Of a stretch of DNA of 64,000 bases, positions 52,100 through 64,000 are shown one piece after another. Made by a program: the position numbers and the translations under genes. Position 1 is the first letter of the stretch. Each line of letters starts with the position of its first letter. The notes under the pieces were generated by a model, which was not told the origin of the DNA, made no database searches, and worked only from the letters and a program-made list of their open reading frames with translations. The stretch is from Octopus sinensis (Eukaryota): positions 7,316,001 through 7,380,000 of the forward strand of contig NC_042997.1 in NCBI RefSeq assembly GCF_006345805.1, in the 5' to 3' direction.

Positions 52100-52609
52100 G
52101 TGCGTGTGTGTGTGTTTGTGTGTAAGTATATTGATTTGTGCGTGTATATATCTGTATGCATTATGCATGTATGTATCTACATATCTGTGTAAAAATATAT
52201 TTATGCATCTATTCGGACATTTTAGTGCATGTAGACACGTAGACATTTATCTCTTGAAGTAGGTAATAACGCTTTCATTCTAGCTGTAGGTACTATATAT
52301 TACGTAGAATTATATTATATCCAAATCACACCTCCACACAATGTCATTAATATTGAAAAGGTGAGAGTGTCTACTTACATCTGATTCAGTTGATCTGTAA
52401 TTCCATTCCAAGATAAATAGATTCTTATTTGTTGTTTGTTCCTAAATATCTGTTAGGTTAGCAATAAATCTTTAAATATATACAATTCCAAACTTATTCA
52501 TTAGCCAATTTTAAATTCCTGTATATCACAATTAAATATTCTTGTGTACAAATAATCCTGCAATTCGCGTCGAAGTATTCTATGCCTTAGTACAAGCATT
52601 TTATAATCG

Positions 52610-52640
<31 letters not shown>

Positions 52641-52750
52641 CCTTTCTCTTTCTCTTTCTCGCGCTTTATCTCCATGTGTATATATGTTTCCCTTTTATGT
52701 ATCACCTAACTGTCTGGATGCTTTGCGCTCTTGTTCCATTTTGTATTATG

Positions 52751-52787
<37 letters not shown>

Positions 52788-53172
52788 CACAAAACGTACT
52801 TAAAGATATTTATATTATTCTATTCGGATTTATAAGTACACTTGACTATGATTGAAACGGACAAATGCTTTCTTCTTGTCCCCTACTTTCAAATATTCTC
52901 TGTAATATATAACAAAACTTCCTAACATTGATTTCTCTAAAATTATCGCTTAAAGTATTTCGCACACACACATATACTAATAATATTTCAGTTATATCCC
53001 CTTATGAACGTAGCGGAGTACAGTACATAGTTCGTCCACCCTTAGAGTTACCGAAAAGCCTGTAGTATTACTATATAATTCCAGGTCTAGATCTGAGCAT
53101 TTGTCATGTGAAAAGAAATTTTACTAACAGAGTTAACAACAGAAGTATAGTTAGACTGTTATTTTTTTATTA

Positions 53173-55044
<1,872 letters not shown>

Positions 55045-56197
55045 GCTTTAAAAAAAAACAACTTTCCAACCCTAGTCCTTCTTCTTGATTTATCTTATTC
55101 AGTTATATATATATAGATTATAACAAGTGGTCGATATTTACCCGAATATACGTAAAACGTAATGCAAAAACTTTATCTTCCATGCTAGAAAATTTGCTGC
55201 CTTGATATTATTTCCTGTCCATATACGTGAACCTATATTTTTGATTTATTTATATTCCTCTTCATTTCTATGTTACTTCAGCTACAGATAACAAGAAGAA
55301 CATCGTACTTGTAAAGAGCACACCTTATTTCTGGAATCTCATTTTGAGTGATATATAATATGAGCATGTTCACGTCAGCAATGATCTTCGAATTAAATAA
55401 TGTATTTTTATTTCCTAGCTGCTGTTATTATATATACTTTTTTATCCAGATAAGTTGATGCTTCTCAATATGAAAATAGGTCTTCTGAGACGAGCATGTG
55501 TTAAAGTGTAGTATAATTTAATAGTGTCCGTTTAATTATATTACATACACTTATTATATTTTAAACTCCGGAACAAATGTTTGACAGCTAAACTGTAAGT
55601 CCATAAATGAAGACCAACATACGTTTAAAGGAACATTGTTGGATATACTTTTATTCATTTTTTCTAATATCTGAATCTGATAGTTAAATTTATCAGACAA
55701 TTAATTTACATTCAAAATTGGGTTTATGACCTTTCAGATTGAAGTCGTTTTACCTAGGCAAATGAAAAGCAATTCTATGTTCCTAGTTAAGATGGCTGAT
55801 ATTCCTACGTTTCTACAATTTCATACAGCTTAGATTTGAAATCGAGGTTAGCTTCTAGTCTGTAAGTTGTATTTTCTAGTGTGTAATATTTTTACTTCTT
55901 TTATAAAACCCTCTTTCATTATAAAAAAAAAGATAGACATAATTCCGCCGCACTAAATAACATTCCAATAGATATGAAGTGATATTCAGTAGAACATTTA
56001 ATTAATATCTTACGCATTTAATAATTTCTATGTATGTAAACAATCATGCTGATTGATGTAAAGGTACGACTGATTATTGAAATAATGGTGACAACTAAAA
56101 CAAAGTTGTTTATTCATTTGCTTACTCACAATAGACAAATATTTGCATGCATACATACGTGCATACATATCTGGGACTGTGCTTAAATGTATATAAG

Positions 56198-56237
<40 letters not shown>

Positions 56238-56246
56238 TATACATAT

Positions 56247-56277
<31 letters not shown>

Positions 56278-56286
56278 ATATATATA

Positions 56287-56360
<74 letters not shown>

Positions 56361-56384
56361 GTATATATATATATATATATTTAC

Positions 56385-56416
<32 letters not shown>

Positions 56417-56434
56417 TATATATATATATATATA

Positions 56435-56468
<34 letters not shown>

Positions 56469-58471
56469 GAGAGAAAGAGAGTAATAATAATAATATTCGT
56501 TGACTTGGAATTTATTAACTTTTAATGCATCGCTACGTGCTACGCGCGTTCCCACATATGATATGCCTCTTAATATCACAGTCCGCATTCGTGGTAATGA
56601 TTACAGCGTAGTCTGTCGTATTCGTGGATTCATTTCTTCGGGAGATATATGCTTGTTCAACGGATGGTTGTCTATCTTTTGTGACCAGTGCGTGGGTCTA
56701 CTGTGTTATGAGGTTATTTCTGTGTGTATTTTGAGGGAGGAGAGGAGGGAAGAAGTTGTAATTATATAACTACTATTCTTTCTTCTCTTTCCATTACAAT
56801 ATTTTACATTTTCTTTGCCAGATTTTTCTCGCCCACGATTAGAAATTTGTTTGAAGTCGCCAAATCTTTGTGAAATCTGTGTTATGATGATACAGGAATG
56901 GATTTTTTGAGAAATCATATAGAGCTCCGTTAACTTACAACTCAAAAAATTTCCAAAAGTACTTTGGTAACTGAAGTATTGCAATTCACATTTTAAACCA
57001 TTGTAATATTCCTATATGTAGTTGTTATCTCCGCGTTAATGATTAAAATTCGATATGCACGAATGAATATTTTCAAGAAGCAGCAGCGGATTATGTTGCC
57101 ACAATATATCACACGTCAGAATGTACATGGAATATTTACGCACATTCTCTACATATTGGTATATAATATATAGTGCTTTATTGTTGTGTTGCATCATTGC
57201 CAGTGATACCCATTAAGAATCTTTCGTTCTCGCTGCAATCATTATAAGTCGATCATCACAATCTACGTTTTGCTGTCATAAACTAATTCAGAAACAATCT
57301 AGAAATCAGCATAACAGCAACGCTCTTCCTCATGGTTATCAAACAGCAACCACATTGGTGCATATTTGACACCCCTGGAGATGAATTTAATAGTTGGCAA
57401 ATATTCTGCCAACTTTTTCCCAATTTCATTCTTTTGAAAGAAGGCGGTGGCGTCGAACGAATTGCAGTACATTCGCTGCACCACCGCCCTCTCCACAAAG
57501 TCTTTCATCCACTATTTGGTGTGTGTGTGGGGGGGGGGGCAATTTCCCACTCCAACACAGTGTTATTTATCTTCTTTGCCATGTTTCTTTTTGTAAAAAA
57601 TTTGACAAAAAAACAAAATTTAAAGTCCAAAAACACAAAAATACCGACGGAAGTTAAAAATCACAGCAAATTTTTCTGGCTGTCCTGGTACTCTTGGCCA
57701 ACTTGGTAATCCTCCTGGCAAGGTCACAAAACAGTCACAAAAAATACACAAGTTTCGGAGAGATACGCCCACTACACACACTTCTCGCCGCTAAAGCACA
57801 ACCACAGGCAGACACATGCGTGGAGCTCAGTGGAGAATCCTCCTTCAACAAAAATAAATAAACACAAGCAACGAATCCCGAATGAACCCCCCAAAACAAA
57901 TGTCTTACCTAGTAGTTATGCTCTGATAATTCACGGCGTTGGTATATAAAGACGTGACTACACATCTGAACTAATTATATATAGGCAGAATTGTATGCAC
58001 ACAAATGTTTGTATATCAAACGATAGACAGCCAGATAAAAAGGTAAATAGATAGATAGATGATAGATAGATAGATAGATAGATAGATAGAGAGAGATAGA
58101 GAGATAGAGAGATAGAGAGATAGAGATAGGTAGATAATTTGATACAAGTATACATACATACATACATGCATACACGAGTCATTGTGTTTGCATTCAAATG
58201 CAGTATCGGGCTATGTTGATTGCACAAACAATTACATATATATTTTTTACATTTCAGGGAAACGTATATACGATGTATTATTGTGTAGCACATTACGAAA
58301 TAATTTGTATTAATTTAATAAATTTATTCAAATAAAGAACTAAAAATAAGAAATAAACTGCAATGCGATTATTTAAATAACGTCATTCTTTCTAACTTAA
58401 TATGCCATTTATGCATGTGTTAGTGTATTTGTATGTATATGTATATGAACATATATATTTACATCTCTATC

Positions 58472-58502
<31 letters not shown>

Positions 58503-58572
58503 TAGATAGATACATACATCTAAATATATATACTCATGTATATATAAATATACACATATACATACACACATG

Positions 58573-58625
<53 letters not shown>

Positions 58626-59829
58626 ATATACATGTGTGTCTATATGAAACGAAAAGATATTGAACTAATTAAATATATTTACTTTATAGTTTATAATTTA
58701 ATAGATCTCTTTTACTCTTTCGTACGGAATAAACCATGCTTTTCTAAAAGTAAATAATATGATGTTTGCGTTTATATATTTTGTGTCTAATATTATATTT
58801 CCATAATGTATTTTAAACTATACGGTTGCACACTTACGAAGAAAAACGAATTTGCAGAGAAAAATATAAATTTTCAGTACACATTTTTACCTCATTATTA
58901 ATATTAAGTAATTCATTAATATTAGTTTCTTTTCATAATCCAACCGGAAACTTAAATGAAGCCCATTTTTTCTCGTTTGTATGCATTGGGTGCAATTTGT
59001 GTTTAGGTTAAAGTTTCGTATTAATTGACTATTTTCTATCTCATAAAATTGTAATGACCGGTTGGGCAATGAAGAGTAAGATGAAGTAAAATATGTGTGA
59101 TGTTGTAGAGGGATGGTAACTGATAAGAGGGTGGGAGAAATGGGACATTGTGTGAAGGATTATCACTATAGAAAATAATGTTTCACTCTCACTCTCTCTT
59201 ACGCATATACATATATACATATACATATGCTCAATCAAACACACTCACACAACGCACAAAACTGTTTACACACTTAACTTATCCTCATGATGATTCTCTC
59301 TTTCACACTTTCTGTCCTCTCTCTTCCCATCTCACACTTTCTATCACTATCACTCTCTTTCTTTCACTATCTCTCTTCACTTGCTCACACACACACATAT
59401 GCACATACGGACGTCTACGTGTGCGCACAGATACACAGACATACATACACACATACTCATTCAATAGTTATGCCGCAATGGTAACAGACGAAAACTAAAA
59501 ATCAAAAGCAATAATGCGAAAGTATGTATGTGAGCATATATATGTATGTGTATGAAGAGCCGGCCTTAGGAGGTGCGGTGCCCAGAAATTAATTTTGGTC
59601 GGCCCTAGGTTCCCAGTCTACTTGCACCAAAATTTAGACAATCATAAAAATATAAAATCCAGCCGTAAATATTTAGTCCACGTTGTAAAGTGTTGGCGTT
59701 ACGAGGAGCATCCAGCTCCAAAACACACACCAAACCAGAAGGTTGCCAAACGTAGCCCCTGGGTTGGGGTTTAGGTATAATAAAAGGAGTGAAAACAACA
59801 GGTGTGTTCCGTGTCGCAAGCACTCAGGA

Positions 59830-60215
59830 ATTCCAGACATCGATGTTTTGAGCTTATTGACTCTTGTTAATGGGATGTACACAAGAGTGGTAACATATAA
59901 AGCAATACCTTTCTGTAAAATTCACTCAATAATATTGACTGATGTGCCATAGTAGGTCACCCGACCGAGGAAAATGTCGAAATATTCGCGCTAAGCAATG
60001 TTTAGGGATAAGAAAAATTTACGTTAGTTGAAAAATATTTATAACATATTTATAACATATTTCAACTACTAAAAAGCAAATAGACTGCAGTTACCATCGA
60101 GAAAATATATTTCTTATGGCTAAAGGTGTGAATACAGCCAGTGTGTTCAGTGTCACTGTCTATCAGGGATCTGAGACATTCATGTTTCGAGTTTATGGAC
60201 TCTTGCCAGTGGGAT
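59830..60215 (-). repeat. Two decayed hammerhead-like motifs in direct repeat about 339 bp apart
   Basis: Minus strand: atccca-ttaacaa-gagtcaataagctc-aaaa-catcgatg-tc-tggaat (59830-59876) and atccca-ctggcaa-gagtccataaactc-gaaa-catgaatg-tc-tcagat (60169-60215). Confidence 0.6.
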
Positions 60216-60286
60216 GTATCTAATAGAGCATTTGCTTTTTAGCAGTTGAAATCTGTTTGAAAGATATTGTAACTAACCTGAATTTT
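60014..60286. repeat. Diverged inverted repeat
   Basis: atttcaactactaaaaagcaaat (60060-60082) versus atttgctttttagcagttgaaat (about 60230-60252), extending outward by about 40 bp. Confidence 0.75.
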
Positions 60287-60298
60287 GTATGTATACAA

Positions 60299-60540
60299 CC
60301 CAGTGGTTAGGGCAGCGGATTCGCAGTCGTAAGATCGCGGTTTCGATTCCCAGACCAGGCGTTGTGAGTGTTTATTGAGCGAAAGCACCTAAAATTTCCA
60401 CGAGGCTCCGGCACGGGGTGGTGATCCCTGCTGTACACTTTCACCACTCTTTCTCCCACTCTTTCTTCTGTTGGCCTGCACGCTTAGCCAGTGAGGTGGC
60501 GTCATTCGAAGGGTAAAACAATGCGAACGCATTGTGACAC
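60299..60540 (+). mobile_element. SINE family A, slightly truncated
   Basis: cccagtggttagggcagcgg...tttcgattcccagacc...aaaacaatgcgaacgcattgtgac. Confidence 0.92.
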
Positions 60541-60952
60541 ATCTAGGCAATGATCTGTTCCAAAGCCTAATTTAAAGCACACCACGAAATAAACTTTTAT
60601 AATTACATAACGTAGGAAATATGTTTCATATGTGTTTGCAGATATAGTATTAGTGTCTGGTGAGGTAAGGGGAGGGTTGGAGTCTGTAGGGGAGGGTGGG
60701 CCAGAGCGGGACAGGGTGGGAGTCGAGTTGGTGTAGTATGGCGGTTGGCATCAATAGACAGAGTGTTTTTCTTTTTCTCCCGCTTACTGTATTCGATTTT
60801 TCACTTTTCGCTTCCCTCATTTGGGCCTCTTTCCAATCCTGTTTCCCTAGTCCCATCTCACTTCATCCTGTACACGTTAATTTCCCGACGAAGCTGTTCT
60901 GTTGATCGTATCAGCTGGGACCCTCCTCGCCATGACCGATGGAGTGCTCTTT

Positions 60953-61016
<64 letters not shown>

Positions 61017-61048
61017 GTATACATGTTTGTATATATACATATCTATCC

Positions 61049-61130
<82 letters not shown>

Positions 61131-61136
61131 ATATAT

Positions 61137-61170
<34 letters not shown>

Positions 61171-62809
61171 GATCTATGTATGTATTTATGCATCTTTACA
61201 TAGATACATATAGATACTTTCACTCATATAATCACATCTCACTTACCGGTTGAATTAGAATAATGAAGCTTGTGAGCGATGAAGCTAACGTTGGTTACTT
61301 AGCGGTAGATGATGTCGTTCGCACTTTCAAATTTAAAGCATATATTTACGCACAGCGATCTTTGAGAAACGGCGAGTAGTATATTCAAATCTTTCAAGCA
61401 ATACACTTTTATAATAAATGTAAGTTTGGTACACCGTGTCATGGATACTGCACTGACTCTCTATTAATGATATATCTTTCTTAAAACGGCAGTTATTCCT
61501 ACCATCTACTTTGTTGAGGCTAGTGACATCATAAAATTCTGACTGTACCATTTTAAACCCCGTAGGACATCCGGTTTATGTGTATATTTAAAAACTACAA
61601 ATTCAGGCTTCCATTTTATCTCTTTTATCCCATCGCTGTACTAAAACAACATCTCTAAGAAAAGTAAGCTTTTTTTTAACCTATAAAAAGTATGAAAGTC
61701 AGTTATGTTTTATAGGGGTTTTGCATTATGTTTGAACATATATTTATTTTCTAATGATAATTCTTTAATACACTGTGTATGTTATGTAAAAGAATGAAAC
61801 CGATGTGGATGCATTTCAGTAGTATCCTTTATCAGAAAAAATGTATCGATAAGAGTTAGACGATATTTTGATTTTATTGGAATTTCGTTAACTGCTGTGT
61901 ATTGCATGATTAATTTTCAATTCAATATGTTTATATAATCATAATTGAATTGTATTAACTTGGGAATGTTATGTCCGTTAATCAAATATAGGAAAACTTT
62001 TGTCAGGGTTTAGATAAAACATGATAGATGAGATTAGTTACGGAACATGGCAATGCCAGTGCATCACATATTGTGGTAGACAGTCTAAAGAGGATTTAGT
62101 CCAGTTAATAAACCTTCCCCTCATGCCTCATTAAGAATTAATCATGTTTTTGGGAACTAAAATAGCTGACATATGTCATCTTCTGAATCGCATTGACATA
62201 AACCCAATACAAGAAATACTTAGTAAAATTTTGAGAGAACCGCTGTCATCTATATATTTAGAAATGCTTCACTAGATTTTGATTGTGTAGACAAGATATA
62301 ATTAAATGAGTTAAAATTGTACAAACTACTAATGTGACTATGACTAGCGTGAAACGCTTCTTACTTTTATGCCGATATACTGGAAAAGTTTCGAAAGTTA
62401 TTTGAAAGTGTAATTGTCTTTCGGCATAATAATCTATAATAAAATGTAATTATATATAGGCGTGGTCCTGACAGTAATGTAAAAATTTGCTATAATTATT
62501 TTCCATTCACTGAAATAGGTTATTCAAATGGATTTGATGGGAGGTAGGTCTTCCTATATAGATATGCACTACAACTTATTTACAAACAGTTCATTTGCGC
62601 CAAGTTTGAAAGGAACCCTCCACTTCTCTAGTGGCAATTCAGGTGTACGCTCTTGTACCGCATCTTCACAGTTACTTTTAATTCGTCTCTGACATTAAAA
62701 CGCTGTCTTTCGAAACAGTTTTTCATTAAACCAAACAAACGGCGTCGCATTTGAACACAAAGCATTGCTAACATACAAAATTACTCAAGTAACTGCTTTT
62801 CGTGTTCTC

Positions 62810-62960
62810 CCCACCCACACAAAACTAGCTTTGGATTTGTACCATTGTTGCGTCTGTCTCTAGAATGCGGTTTGAAAAGTTTCAGGCGCGCACTGTTTTA
62901 AGCACTGTTTCATAGCAAACTTCACATCCTGTGTGTCATTATATCGTTGTGTCTGGTTAG
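62810..62960 (-). mobile_element. Possible mariner transposase C-terminal remnant
   Basis: QRYNDTQDVKFAMKQCLKQCAPETFQTAF*RQTQQWYKS resembles mariner C-termini. Judged by eye only. Confidence 0.35.
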
Positions 62961-63728
62961 CTCGTCAGGTCTATTGTAAGCCGGAGAAAATACTTTTCAG
63001 CAATTCGTTTACATTACAAAAACCGCTGACATTGACTTTGTGAAGGTTTTGGTATTTAGCATAAAAGCATGAAATAGATCAAGAAATAGTGTTATAGGAC
63101 GGTTTCGAAAAGTCTTGAAATCTGAGCTAAATACATATAAGCAAGTACTAGCCATAAATTTCTTAGCATTTCCTATTGTTACATATAGTTACGATGTGTT
63201 TAACTGGAATATCAGTGAAGTAAAGAAATTGACAGAAAAATACGCAAACTGCTGAATTGCAATAAGATGCTGGTGCATAGGCTGTTGTGGGCAGTCTCTA
63301 CCTTCCCTAACCCAAGGGTGTCAATACTTGATCCAATTTGAATTCTCTTACGACACCACTTCTATTTGATTGGCAAAATGACTTGACACCAGAAATTGCC
63401 GTTTGCCAAAACTCGTTGAAAACTCTCGTGAGGACTAAGAAGCTTCATTCTGCAATAAAGGAGAGATACTTGGTGACTATTTCAGGGTTTTCTCATACGA
63501 CGTCTTTGCTCAATTTTTCTTTCCTTTCCGTCTTGTTGATAACGTTGAATTTGTTGATATGTGTTGCTTTCATTTTCAATTTCTTTAATCAGTTCTCTAT
63601 TAGGAAATTATATCCCTACTAGAGACTGCATTATTCCTATTTTCAGGTAAAATATACCCCATATTCTGTTCGAAATCCTCTCTAATGTCATCACTAAGAC
63701 AGTGCCTTTCATCCCTTTCTGGGACAAG

Positions 63729-63830
63729 AGTAGTAGTAGTTGCAGTAGTAGTAGTAATAATAATAATAGTAGTAGTAGTAGTAGTAGTAGTCGTACTAGT
63801 AGTAGTAGTAGGAGGAGGTGGAGGAGTAGT
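63729..63830. repeat. (AGT)n/(AAT)n/(AGG)n compound microsatellite
   Basis: Direct reading. Confidence 0.95.
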
Positions 63831-64000
63831 AACGTGAGACTGATAATAGGAAGCGGGGCATAGTTTTAATTGAGAAAGAAAAACTATGCTGAATCATAGA
63901 TATAGCATGCCCAGCTGACAACAAGGTATGCGATAAGGAAGAAAGAAAAGTCGAGAGATATGACAAGTTAGCTTAAGACGTTAAGCAGTTGTGTTCGAGG

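Overview
AT-rich, microsatellite-dense eukaryotic DNA with no recognisable host gene. The SINE and LINE families suggest a cephalopod (octopus-type) genome, which is inference from recalled repeat sequences. Almost all listed ORFs are (TA)n/(CA)n/(GATA)n artefacts. The real content is mobile DNA: one young, internally deleted CR1-group LINE with an open 689-aa EN-RT frame; decayed CR1 and RTE LINEs; Tc1, mariner and Tigger DNA transposons; three tRNA-headed SINE families; Penelope-like GIY-YIG retroelement remnants; and a near-identical 2.1-kb tandem duplication. The most notable hidden signal is a set of minimal type I hammerhead-ribozyme motifs with palindromic loop 3, carried in fold-back or tandem non-coding units usually at TA microsatellites. 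The best example (7032-7081, mirrored at 6966-7015) sits in a near-perfect 282-bp palindrome and has a compensatory G3:C8 core swap. All alignments and folds were done by eye and coordinates of decayed elements are approximate.
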